This document shows positions 20,855-29,723 of a DNA stretch of 64,000 nucleotides, in pieces. The position numbers and the translations under genes were made by a program. The stretch comes from a bacterium UBP1_UBA4783 (GTDB lineage: Bacteria > Krumholzibacteriota > Krumholzibacteriia > Krumholzibacteriales > Krumholzibacteriaceae), in NCBI GenBank assembly GCA_002403075.1, contig DHHB01000007.1:2339-66338 (forward strand), given 5' to 3'. The first letter of the stretch is position 1. Each line of letters begins with the position of its first letter. The notes below the pieces were generated by a model that saw only the letters and a list, made by a program, of their open reading frames with translations, did not search any database and was not told the origin of the DNA.

Positions 20855-21820
20855 ATGGACAAGGCTCTGCTCAAGGCTTCGACGATCGCGCTCCGCGACT
20901 GCCTCAAGCTCTCGAAGGGGGAGTCGCTCCTCATCGTGACCGACGCGAAGCTCCGCGCGATCGGCGTCGCGCTGCGTGACGCGGCGATCGAGCTCGGCGC
21001 CGATCCGGTTCTCGTCGAGATGCAGGTGCGAAGCCGCGACGGCGAGGAGCCGCCGGCGAACGTCACGCACGCCATGATGATGAGCAAGGTCGTCGTGGCC
21101 CCGACGACGCGCTCCCTCACGCACACCGCGGCGCGCCGCGAGGCCTGTAAGGCCGGTGCGCGCGTCGCGACGATGCCCGGCATCCGGCGCGACACGATGA
21201 TCCGGTGCCTCAACGCCGATTACTACAAGATAGCAGCGAGGACAAAGCGCATGACCGAGCTCCTCACCGCGGGCTCGCTTCTCAGGGTGACGAGCCCCGC
21301 CGGCACCGACATCACGCTCCCCATCGCGGGGATCAAGGCGATCGCCTCGACCGGCCTCATCCACGAGTCGGGCGGCTTCGGCAACCTCCCCTCCGGCGAG
21401 GCCTACATGATGCCCGTCGAGGGGGCCGCGGAAGGGGTCTTCGTCGTCGACGGCTCCATGGCCGGCATCGGCAACCTCGAGGGGAAAAAGCCGATCACGA
21501 TACGGGTCGAGAAGGGGTACGCCGTCTCGATCGAGGGGGGCGCCGCGGCCAAGGCGCTCCGCGCCAAGCTCGAGCCGCTCGGCCGCGCGGCGTTCAACGT
21601 CGCCGAGTTCGGCATCGGGACGAACGACGCCGCCCGCATCACGGGCTCGATCCTCGAGGACGAGAAGGTCATGGGCACGATCCACATCGCCCTCGGCAAC
21701 AACATGTCGATGGGAGGGACGGTGAACGTCCCCGTGCATCTCGACGGCATCGTGAAGAAGCCCACCGTCGAGCTCGACGGGGCGAAGATCATGGACCGCG
21801 GAAAGATGCTCGCGGACTGA
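20855..21820 (+). CDS. M29 (AmpS/aminopeptidase T)-like metallo-aminopeptidase family protein.
   Basis: RBS GAGGAGGA. GEAYMMPVEG...GVFVVDGSMAGIG and GTIHIALGNN resemble M29 core motifs. At 321 aa it is shorter than typical M29 enzymes, so the assignment is tentative. Confidence 0.5.
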   Translation: MDKALLKASTIALRDCLKLSKGESLLIVTDAKLRAIGVALRDAAIELGADPVLVEMQVRSRDGEEPPANVTHAMMMSKVVVAPTTRSLTHTAARREACKAGARVATMPGIRRDTMIRCLNADYYKIAARTKRMTELLTAGSLLRVTSPAGTDITLPIAGIKAIASTGLIHESGGFGNLPSGEAYMMPVEGAAEGVFVVDGSMAGIGNLEGKKPITIRVEKGYAVSIEGGAAAKALRAKLEPLGRAAFNVAEFGIGTNDAARITGSILEDEKVMGTIHIALGNNMSMGGTVNVPVHLDGIVKKPTVELDGAKIMDRGKMLAD

Positions 21821-21851
21821 CCGCGGGCGCCTCGGTCCGGACTCGCGAAAA

Positions 21852-21884
21852 GGGCCGCCCCGGCGGGGCGGCCCTCGCGTTTTC
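21852..21884 (+). terminator. Rho-independent terminator after the aminopeptidase gene.
   Basis: GGGCCGCCCC-GGC-GGGGCGGCCC, a perfect 10-bp stem, followed by TCGCGTTTTCGG. Confidence 0.6.
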
Positions 21885-21902
21885 GGCGCGCGGCGGGAAT
21901 CC

Positions 21903-22805
21903 TCAGCGCATCGCCCGGAGCCGCCGCACCCGCTCATCGATGGGCGGATGCGTGCTGAAGAGGTTCGCGGTCTTCGCGAGGGGTTTCACCGGATTCACGA
22001 TGTAGAGGTGCTGCGTCGCCCGGTTCGCCGCCTCGAGCGGCTCGCGGTCGCCGGATATCTTCTCGAGGGCGCTCGCGAGCCCTTCCGGGTATCTCGTGAG
22101 CTTTACCGCCGAGGCGTCCGCGAGGTATTCGCGCTGTCTCGATATGGCGAGCTGGAGCAGCTTCGTGACGATCGGCGCGAGTATCGCGAGCACGATCGCG
22201 ACGACGAGTATGAGGGCCCCCGCCGAGCCGCCGCCGCTGCTGCTCCGGCGGCGGCGCCCCCCGCCCCAGAGAAAGCTCCTCAGAAAGAAATCGCTCATGA
22301 GGGCGATCGACCCGACGAGCACCCCGACCATCGTCGCGTAGAGGATGTCGCGGTTCCCGACGTGCGAAAGCTCGTGGGCCATGACCCCCTGCAGCTCGTC
22401 GCGGTTGAGCTTGTCGAGAAGCCCCGTCGTGATGGCGACGGAGGCGTGCGCGGGATCGCGTCCGGTGGCGAAGGCGTTCGGGGCCGAGTCTTCGATGACG
22501 TAGATCGCCGGCATCGGGAGCCCGCCCGCGAGCGAGAGCTCCTCGATGACGTTGAAGAGCTGCTGATGATCCTTCTTCTCGATCCGCCTCGCCCGGCTCA
22601 CGGCGAGCACCATCTTGTCTCCGCCGAAATAGGCGCCGAGCGACATGGCGAGCGCGAGAAGGAAGGCTATGACGATCCCCGCGTAGCCCGTCCCCCAGAA
22701 CCGTCCGAGAACGTACCCGAGCACGAGGAGCACCGCCGTCACGACGACCGTGAGGAAGAATGAGTTGCGCTTGTTCGCCGCGATCTCGTTCCACATCGAC
22801 GCCAC
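21903..22805 (-). CDS. htpX: M48 zinc metalloprotease HtpX.
   Basis: N-terminal TM helices, HELSHV (HEXXH), a downstream E, and a C-terminal membrane region. The architecture is typical for HtpX. Confidence 0.9.
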   Translation of the reverse strand: MASMWNEIAANKRNSFFLTVVVTAVLLVLGYVLGRFWGTGYAGIVIAFLLALAMSLGAYFGGDKMVLAVSRARRIEKKDHQQLFNVIEELSLAGGLPMPAIYVIEDSAPNAFATGRDPAHASVAITTGLLDKLNRDELQGVMAHELSHVGNRDILYATMVGVLVGSIALMSDFFLRSFLWGGGRRRRSSSGGGSAGALILVVAIVLAILAPIVTKLLQLAISRQREYLADASAVKLTRYPEGLASALEKISGDREPLEAANRATQHLYIVNPVKPLAKTANLFSTHPPIDERVRRLRAMR

Positions 22806-22852
22806 GGGATCTCACCCTCCGCTGTTCGAAACCATGTCCGCGCCCGCCGCGA

Positions 22853-23404
22853 TCAGAAGCTCACCTTCGGCGGCTGCTTCTCCGCCTCGATCTCGATTTC
22901 GAAAAAGTCGCGCGGCTTGAAGCCGAAAAGAGACGCGAAGATATTCGAGGGGATCGTCTCGATGCGCGTGTTGTAGTCGCGGACCGTCTCGTTGTAGTGC
23001 TGCCGGGAGAACGAGATCTTGTTCTCCGTCGAGGCGAGCTCTTCCTGAAGCGCGAGCATGTTCTGGTTCGCCTTGAGGTCGGGATAGCTCTCCGCCACGG
23101 CGAAGAGCGACCGCAACGCCCCCGTCAGCATGTTCTCCGCCTGCGCCTGCGCCTTGACCCCAGAGACGTCGATCGCCTGCTGGCGGGCCTTCGTCACGTT
23201 CTCGAGCACCTCTCGTTCGTGCTTGAGATACCCCTTCGCCGTTTCGACGAGGTTGGGGATGAGGTCGTAGCGGCGCTTGAGCTGCACGTCGATCTGGGCC
23301 CAGGCGCTCTCGCAGCGCTTTCGCAGAACGACGAGGGTGTTGAAGATGCCTATCGCGGCGAATACGAGGACGACGAGGACAATGAGCGCTATCCAGCCGG
23401 CCAT
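22853..23404 (-). CDS. lemA: LemA family protein.
   Basis: An N-terminal TM helix (MAGWIALIVLVVLVFAAIG) followed by the conserved LemA region (YDLIPNLVETAKGY...ESYPDLKAN...). ATG 23404 is preferred because GGAGG lies six nt upstream. Confidence 0.85.
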   Translation of the reverse strand: MAGWIALIVLVVLVFAAIGIFNTLVVLRKRCESAWAQIDVQLKRRYDLIPNLVETAKGYLKHEREVLENVTKARQQAIDVSGVKAQAQAENMLTGALRSLFAVAESYPDLKANQNMLALQEELASTENKISFSRQHYNETVRDYNTRIETIPSNIFASLFGFKPRDFFEIEIEAEKQPPKVSF

Positions 23405-23848
23405 CGTGAACCTCCGTTCGCGTACGTTCCCCCCGCGCATGCGCGCGCCGCCGGGAGGCATTCGCCGCCCGGCGCAACCTCCGCAATTCTACGCGCGGGA
23501 ACGCCGTTCGTTGCAGATGGTAATAACTTCCCCGAGGCCGCGCAAGCGAAACCGGACGCCGCGGAATCCGGTGCCCCGGGCGGGATTCGCAAAACGCGAC
23601 GAGGCCTCCGCGCAACGGACGGACAAGCGGAGGGATTGCCGCACGCAGGAGCGCGCTCCGTGGCATTATGAGATTGAAGCGGCAACGGCGAGGCTCGCCG
23701 CACCCTCACGCTCCCTTTTACAACACATTGTCGATACTGCGGTTACGGGCTCTTGCCTCTCGTCCGCCATCGATGGCATATAGCTTGCTCGAAGCGGAGT
23801 CACGAGGGGACCGCAGGATTTGAATCGGAAGATACAAGGAGGTCCGAC

Positions 23849-24676
23849 ATGAGGAAGGGTTTCGTTCTGTTCGCGGGTCTTTTCATCCTCTCCATGTTCG
23901 CTGCATGCTCGGAGGATTCGACCCCGACCCCGCCGGTTCCGCCCGCCGACTTCGAGATAACGACCGCGGCGGTCGCGACCGGTTACACGTGCTCTCCGTA
24001 CAACATGGCGATCGATGTCGAAGGCGGCGTTGCTCCCTATACGTGGTCGCTCGCCGCTGGCAGCAGCCTCCCCGACGGCCTCGTGATGAGCGCCGACGGC
24101 CGCATCACGGGTCTCTGCATGACGGTCGGCGACTACATCTTCACGGTGCGCGTCGAGGACAGCTCCGAGACGCCGAAGACGGCCGAGCAGGAATACACGC
24201 TCTCGGTCGAAGTTCCGTCGAACCCCTCGCTCGCGGTCTTCTTCGACGGCGAGGCCACCGAGTGCAGCACGACCACGCTCTCGTGGACGCCTCTCAGCTG
24301 CTACGTGTTCATCATGCTCGACGAGAGCGAAGTGGGCTGCGCGAGGGCGACGGAGTTCAAGCTTCGCTTGACGAACGCCGAGGGCGTCGATCTCGTTGCG
24401 GGTTCTGAGTACGCCATCATCGGCACCTCGATCCCGTCCTATGTCGCCGCCACTATCGGCGATCTCTTCAACGGCATCGCGCTCGCGTTCAACCGGCCGA
24501 TGTTCGGTCCCGAACCGGTGCTCGTCGCGTCCTTCAACATCCTTCTGCTCGAGAATCTGGAGGACCTGTCGTTCAAGTTCGAGCCGAATCCGGGCGGCTA
24601 TCTCGCGATCGCTTCCTGCGAGGAAAACTGTCCGATCGTCGAGGTCAGCGGTCGCGCGGCCGCGATCAACTACTAG
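23849..24676 (+). CDS. Lipoprotein with a putative Ig-like (dystroglycan/cadherin-like) domain.
   Basis: RBS CAAGGAGG. Signal peptide plus lipobox (LSMFAACSED). The motif ...APYTWSLAAGSSLPDGLVMSADGRITG... is typical of bacterial 'putative Ig' domains. Confidence 0.55.
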   Translation: MRKGFVLFAGLFILSMFAACSEDSTPTPPVPPADFEITTAAVATGYTCSPYNMAIDVEGGVAPYTWSLAAGSSLPDGLVMSADGRITGLCMTVGDYIFTVRVEDSSETPKTAEQEYTLSVEVPSNPSLAVFFDGEATECSTTTLSWTPLSCYVFIMLDESEVGCARATEFKLRLTNAEGVDLVAGSEYAIIGTSIPSYVAATIGDLFNGIALAFNRPMFGPEPVLVASFNILLLENLEDLSFKFEPNPGGYLAIASCEENCPIVEVSGRAAAINY

Positions 24677-24752
24677 ACGACGCGGCCTCACCGGCCCATG
24701 GTGTGTGCCCCTCGGGATCGCGCGGCGACGCCGCGCCTCCCGGGGGGCCTTT

Positions 24753-27062
24753 TTATTGCCTGATGAGCTTCTTGAGCCCCTCGAGCACCTTGTCCTGCGC
24801 CTTGCTCTTCGCCTTCGAGAGATCGAGCATGGCGGAAGGGTGCTTCGAGGTCCCGGTCACGCGGATATCGAGCACGAGGTTGCCGCTCGAATCGCGCATG
24901 AGGTCGAGGGCGCTCTTGTAGGCGTCGATATTCTTCATCCGCTGCTGCACTGCCGGCGGAATCACGGCGTGCACCGTGTAATCGAGCGATCCGTCGAGCC
25001 CGAACGATCCCTTGATCGCCCACGCCCCCGAGGACGAGGCGATTTTCCAGTCGTCCGTGACGAAGCGGCCGTTCTGGACCTTGAAGTTCCCGGCCCACTC
25101 GCGGAAATCGAACTTCACGAGAGGGGCGACGTCGAAGTTCTGTATGCTCGCGAGGCCTCCGAGGTACTTCTCGAAATTCACAGAACCCTTGTTCGAAAGA
25201 GCGGAGCCGGCGGCCGTGAGCGACACGAGAGGATCGAGGCCATGCCCCGTAACGAGACTCGCCTTCGAGCTGACGTTGAAGCGCCCCTGGATGAGGGTTC
25301 CGAGGGAGACGAGCCTCCCGAGCGCCTCGCCCGCCTCGACACCGTCGAGCGAGAAATCGATCGAGCTTTCGACGCGGGCGGGTTTCCGAACGTCGCTCGC
25401 GATCGTCGCGGAACCCTTGCCGCCGGCGTAGCCGAAGGTCGCCGGATCGATCCGCACGCGGCCGTCCCGGATCGTTCCCTTCGCCTCGACGGCGGTGAGA
25501 ACGGCCTCGCGGGTGACGACCGAGTCGAGCTTCACGGTGAAAACGGTGTTCTTGAGGAATAGTATCGCGCCCGCTCCGCCCGAGGCGGGCTCTTGCCGGG
25601 GAACGGCCGTTTTCGGCGCCTCTGATTTCGAGGTTTCCCGCGGCTTCTGATAGGGCTGTGCGTCGAACGAGCGGCCGGCCGCCTCGACGCGGATGACCGG
25701 AGCGTTCACCATCTTGTCGAGATAGGGGCCGAGATCGGCGACCGGCTTCGCGTCGCCCGTCTGAAGCAGCTTCTGCGCGACGAGTGCGAGCTCGGCCGCG
25801 GCCGGCATGACGTTCGCGAGAGAACCGCTGAAGGTGAACGGGCTGCCGCCGACGCGGAACTCGCCGGCGACGCGCTTCACGTCCGTGCCCGAGATTTCGG
25901 CCTTCGCCTTGAGCCCGGAGATCCTCACGGGAGGCGGAACGAACTCGCCCTCCCGGGGAGCGGGCGCCTGCCGCGCGGCTTGCAGGACGATCTCGCCGTC
26001 CGAGACGTCGATCGTTCCCTCGAGCTCGATCGCCTGCCACGAGAGCGTAACCTGCTCGAGCGTGAGAGGCTTCGAAGCGCTCGGCATGAGGCTCTGCCAC
26101 GCGAAGGCGTTGCCCGAGCCCGCGAAGCGCGCCGAGACGCCGCCGAGCGACGCGAGATCCCCCATCCGAAATGACGCGCCGGCGAGCGCCGCCTCGAAGG
26201 AGAGGCTCATGCCGAGCGGCTCGCGCGCGAGGCCTTGAATGCGGGCCGAGTACTTCAGCGTGCCGCCCGCGATCTCGGGACGGGGGCCATCCGACGCCGG
26301 TTTCGGCGCCTGAGCCGCCGCGGGCGAGAGTTCGTCGAGCTTGAAGGCCTCGATCTTCTCGAGAACGGGGGCAAGCGGCTTCTCGGCGCCCTCTATCGTC
26401 ACATCGAGCCGCGGGGAAGTTTTGAGATCGGTCGCCTCACCCGTGATCGCCATCGAGACGAGATCGTCCCAGCGGACCTGCCCTTCCTTGATCGCGAGCC
26501 GCGAGAGCTCGCGGTCGGTCTCGAGCGCGCCGTCGAAGGCGACCCTCTCCAGCACGACCGCCGGCGGCGATCCCGGCCGGGCGACGAGAACGGAATCGGC
26601 GCGCGCCTTGGCGTCGAGGGCGAAAAGCTCTCCCTCCGGCTTCATCGCGAGCTGCGCTTCGAGCCCGCGGAGTCCGATCTCCCGGTCTTTGTTCGCGTTG
26701 ACGAGCGTGACGGAGCCTCCGCGCACGGCCGCGGACGTGATTTCGGGCTTCCGCCTGAGGAGGGAGAGCAGCGACGCGCGGATCGTGACCCTCCGGGAGG
26801 AGAAGTCGAGCTCGGTCGTGTCGGGAAGCGTCTTGCCGAAACGAAGGTCCTCTATGTCGACGCCGAATCCGAACGGAAAATTGACCTTGATGCCGCCGAT
26901 CGTCACCTTCGCGTCGACCATCCGCTCGACGCGCGGCAGCACGATCGCCATGAGCTTCTCCTGCGTGAAAACGAGACGCACCGCGACGACCGCCGCGGCG
27001 ACGACGCACGCGACGACCGCGAGAGCTATCAAGAGACCTTTACGCTTCGCCGCCATACACAT
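24753..27062 (-). CDS. AsmA-family outer-membrane biogenesis protein.
   Basis: An N-terminal TM anchor (LLIALAVVACVVAAAVVAV) is followed by a long beta-rich periplasmic region and an AsmA_2-like C-terminus (DYTVHAVIPPAVQQRM...). Confidence 0.65.
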   Translation of the reverse strand: MCMAAKRKGLLIALAVVACVVAAAVVAVRLVFTQEKLMAIVLPRVERMVDAKVTIGGIKVNFPFGFGVDIEDLRFGKTLPDTTELDFSSRRVTIRASLLSLLRRKPEITSAAVRGGSVTLVNANKDREIGLRGLEAQLAMKPEGELFALDAKARADSVLVARPGSPPAVVLERVAFDGALETDRELSRLAIKEGQVRWDDLVSMAITGEATDLKTSPRLDVTIEGAEKPLAPVLEKIEAFKLDELSPAAAQAPKPASDGPRPEIAGGTLKYSARIQGLAREPLGMSLSFEAALAGASFRMGDLASLGGVSARFAGSGNAFAWQSLMPSASKPLTLEQVTLSWQAIELEGTIDVSDGEIVLQAARQAPAPREGEFVPPPVRISGLKAKAEISGTDVKRVAGEFRVGGSPFTFSGSLANVMPAAAELALVAQKLLQTGDAKPVADLGPYLDKMVNAPVIRVEAAGRSFDAQPYQKPRETSKSEAPKTAVPRQEPASGGAGAILFLKNTVFTVKLDSVVTREAVLTAVEAKGTIRDGRVRIDPATFGYAGGKGSATIASDVRKPARVESSIDFSLDGVEAGEALGRLVSLGTLIQGRFNVSSKASLVTGHGLDPLVSLTAAGSALSNKGSVNFEKYLGGLASIQNFDVAPLVKFDFREWAGNFKVQNGRFVTDDWKIASSSGAWAIKGSFGLDGSLDYTVHAVIPPAVQQRMKNIDAYKSALDLMRDSSGNLVLDIRVTGTSKHPSAMLDLSKAKSKAQDKVLEGLKKLIRQ

Positions 27063-27205
27063 CCTCCCATCCTGCGACAGCCGACACGTATCCGCTACGC
27101 CGGGCGGCCGGGGCCGCCGCGGCCTCCGGCGACACGCCGGCCGCCGCGGAACCGCATCCCGCCCGCCGGAGAAGACTCTACCGCACCGGGGCGCGGGCTT
27201 TCAAC

Positions 27206-27234
27206 TTGAAATGCCCTGGAGCATTCACTACCAT
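27206..27234 (+). promoter_or_regulatory. Candidate sigma70-type promoter for the radical SAM / Cys-rich lipoprotein operon.
   Basis: TTGAAA, a 17-nt spacer, then TACCAT, roughly 45 nt upstream of ATG 27279. Confidence 0.3.
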
Positions 27235-27278
27235 TCCGCCGTCGCGCTCCCGAAAGCGGGACGAAAGCCGAGGCGTTC

Positions 27279-28154
27279 ATGATCAGATACATCGAGCCGG
27301 TCTACCGGCCGCCGAGCGAAGCGGGCTCGCTTATTCTGCAGGCGACGATCGGCTGCTCGAACAACACCTGCCTCTTTTGCTATATGTACCGCGGAAAGCC
27401 GTTCCGGGTGAAGCCGTGGGAGCTCCTCCGGGCGGAGATCGACGAGGCGGCGGCGCTGGCGCCGGGAACGCGCCGCGTATTTCTCGCCGACGGAGACGCC
27501 TTCGTGCTGCCGACCCGCCTTCTCGCGCGCATTCTCGACCATCTCCGCGCGGCGTTTCCGAACCTCCAGCGCGTCACCGCGTACGCGTCCCCCCCGAACC
27601 TCCTGAAAAAATCCGTCGCCGAGATGCGAGGGCTCGCCGAGAAGGGGCTCAAGATCCTTTACTACGGCGTCGAGACGGGAGACGCGGAGCTCCTCGCGAA
27701 GATCCGCAAGAACGCGACGCCGGACGAGATGGTCGAAGGATGCCTCAAGGCGAAAGAGGCCGGGCTCAAGCTTTCCGTCACCGTCATACTCGGTCTCGGC
27801 GGAAAAAAAGGCGGTCTCCGCCACGCCCGCGAGACGGCGCGGCTCGCGAACCGTATCCAGCCGCGATTCCTCTCGGCGCTCACGCTCATGCTCGGGCCCT
27901 ACGAGCGGGAGTACCGGGCGGCCATGGGGCCGGATTTCGAGTACACGAACGCCGTCGACGACACGAGAGAGCTCCGCGAGCTCGTCGCCGGGCTCGAGAC
28001 CGACGGCTGCATCTTCCGCAGCAATCACGCCTCCAACTATCTCCCCCTCGCCGGCACCCTCCCCGGAGACAAGGCGCGCCTCCTCGACGAGATCGACCGC
28101 GCCCTCGCCGAGCCGGACCGTTTCCTGCGCGACGAATGGATGCGGGGGCTCTGA
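27279..28154 (+). CDS. Radical SAM domain protein without a SPASM or B12 domain, with an atypical CX4CX2C cluster.
   Basis: GCSNNTCLFC lies near the N-terminus and is followed by a glycine-rich SAM-binding region (VFLADGDAF, GVETGD). It is 291 aa long with no second Cys cluster. Confidence 0.65.
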   Translation: MIRYIEPVYRPPSEAGSLILQATIGCSNNTCLFCYMYRGKPFRVKPWELLRAEIDEAAALAPGTRRVFLADGDAFVLPTRLLARILDHLRAAFPNLQRVTAYASPPNLLKKSVAEMRGLAEKGLKILYYGVETGDAELLAKIRKNATPDEMVEGCLKAKEAGLKLSVTVILGLGGKKGGLRHARETARLANRIQPRFLSALTLMLGPYEREYRAAMGPDFEYTNAVDDTRELRELVAGLETDGCIFRSNHASNYLPLAGTLPGDKARLLDEIDRALAEPDRFLRDEWMRGL

Positions 28155-28218
28155 ACGAGGGTTGACGATTCGGCTTTCAGGGGCTATCTTTATGGTAGAG
28201 ACCTCACGAGGGGGAAAT

Positions 28219-29526
28219 ATGAAAAGACTATTCGATACGCCAGCCGGCAAGCGCGCGTTCGCGTTGTCGGCCCTCGCGGTCTTCGCCGTCTGCTGCATCG
28301 GCTCGTGCGCCGACGAGAGCGAACCGACCGGCGTCGGGCCACAGCATCCGTACGGCATCGTGGTCGCCTCCGAAGGCTGCAAGCTCTTCGACAAGCCCGC
28401 GGAAGACTTCGACGCTCCCTCGAATCGGGACTGCGTCGCATGGACGTACGGCGCGGACGGCACCCTCGCGCTCAAACACGTGAACGCCGGATTCAACTGC
28501 TGCCCCGGGGCCCTTACGGCGGACATCACGATCTCGGACGACGCGATCACCATCGTCGAGCACGAGCAGATGAACGGGTGCCGGTGCCTCTGCCTCTTCG
28601 ACGTTCGTTACAAGGTCTTCAAGCTGCCGGCGGGAACCTACACCATCCGGTTCGTGGAGCTCTACGAGCTCGGCGACCCGCCGCTCGCCGTCACCGTCGA
28701 TCTCGCGTCGAACCCGACCGGCAGTTTCTGCGTCCCCCGCACGCACTATCCATGGTACGAGCCGAGCGGCTCGCGACCCGAGCCCCAGGGGCGTCTCGTC
28801 CGCGCGAGCGGCTGCGGGGGCGATCCGAGCCTCACGGATGACGATACGTATGCGACCGATCTTTCGTGCGTCGAATGGCGCCTCTCCGAAGGAGGCGTTC
28901 TGCGGCTGCGTCATCTCAACGCGGGATTCAATTGCTGCGCCGAAATCGGCGCGGATATCAGCGTCGAGGAAGGTCTGATCACGATCGTCGAACACGAGAG
29001 CGGGCCGCCGTGCGATTGCCTGTGCCTGTACGACATCGAATATGAATTCGCCGGTATCCCAGCGGGAACGCACCGCGTGCGCTTCGTCGAATTGTACACG
29101 AGCTCGGAAGACGAGCTTCTCGATTTTCCGGTCGATTTCTCCGTCTACCCGGCGGGCGTTCAATGCGCCTATCGAACGCACTATCCGTGGGGGTATTCGA
29201 GCTCGCTCCCGGAGGACGAGGCGCGGCTCGCCGTCATGCAGCGGGAGATCGTCGATTTTATCGGAGTTCCGTCATGCGGTGCGGTTGGGGATTGCCGGCA
29301 TATCGGCATCGGTTCGAAGCCATGCGGCGGACCGTGGAGCTATCTCATCTATTCGGCCGCGACGATCGACGAACATGAGCTCCGCAGCCGCGTTCTTCGA
29401 TACAACGCCTGGAACCACGGCATGAACCGGCGGTATGGTCTCGTTTCCACGTGCGACGTGGCGCCCGAGCCGCGGCCGGGATGCGTCGGCGGCGTGTGCG
29501 CGGATCTCGACGCCGGGCCGAGATGA
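28219..29526 (+). CDS. Cys-rich lipoprotein with two tandem copies of a roughly 115-aa repeat and a third Cys-rich C-terminal module.
   Basis: RBS GAGGGGGA. Lipobox AVCCIGSCAD. Repeat 1 is DCVAWTYGADGTLALKHVNAGFNCCPG...IVEHEQMNGCRCLCLFDVRY...FCVPRTHYPWY. Repeat 2 is SCVEWRLSEGGVLRLRHLNAGFNCCAE...IVEHESGPPCDCLCLYDIEY...QCAYRTHYPWGY. The tail contains CGAVGDCRH...PCGGPW...TCDV...GCVGGVC. Confidence 0.7.
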   Translation: MKRLFDTPAGKRAFALSALAVFAVCCIGSCADESEPTGVGPQHPYGIVVASEGCKLFDKPAEDFDAPSNRDCVAWTYGADGTLALKHVNAGFNCCPGALTADITISDDAITIVEHEQMNGCRCLCLFDVRYKVFKLPAGTYTIRFVELYELGDPPLAVTVDLASNPTGSFCVPRTHYPWYEPSGSRPEPQGRLVRASGCGGDPSLTDDDTYATDLSCVEWRLSEGGVLRLRHLNAGFNCCAEIGADISVEEGLITIVEHESGPPCDCLCLYDIEYEFAGIPAGTHRVRFVELYTSSEDELLDFPVDFSVYPAGVQCAYRTHYPWGYSSSLPEDEARLAVMQREIVDFIGVPSCGAVGDCRHIGIGSKPCGGPWSYLIYSAATIDEHELRSRVLRYNAWNHGMNRRYGLVSTCDVAPEPRPGCVGGVCADLDAGPR

Positions 29527-29688
29527 AGCGAACGGGCGCATGAGAGGCGCTCATCCTCCCGGCGCCCGCGCGGCGGCCCGCCGCGGGCCCCTCGAAAGAC
29601 GGGCGTTTTCAGTGGACAAAACGCCCGGCATCCATTATCAATAAGGGACTTGGAACCGCGCCCCCATCAGGGAGCGCGCTGAACTCAA

Positions 29689-29702
29689 TATATTGCAATA
29701 TA
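29689..29702. promoter_or_regulatory. 14-bp perfect palindrome (TATATTGCAATATA) immediately upstream of hutH; candidate operator.
   Basis: It is self-complementary over 14 bp and lies 22 nt before the TTG start, in an otherwise GC-rich genome. Confidence 0.35.
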
Positions 29703-29723
29703 AGCAGATACAGGGAGGTTGTT

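Noticed and set aside
24677-24752. Terminator between the convergent Ig-domain lipoprotein and asmA-like genes.
   Set aside because: A short CGCGGCG/CGCCGCG stem and a CCTTTTTATT run are present, but the hairpin is weak and ambiguous, so no feature is called.
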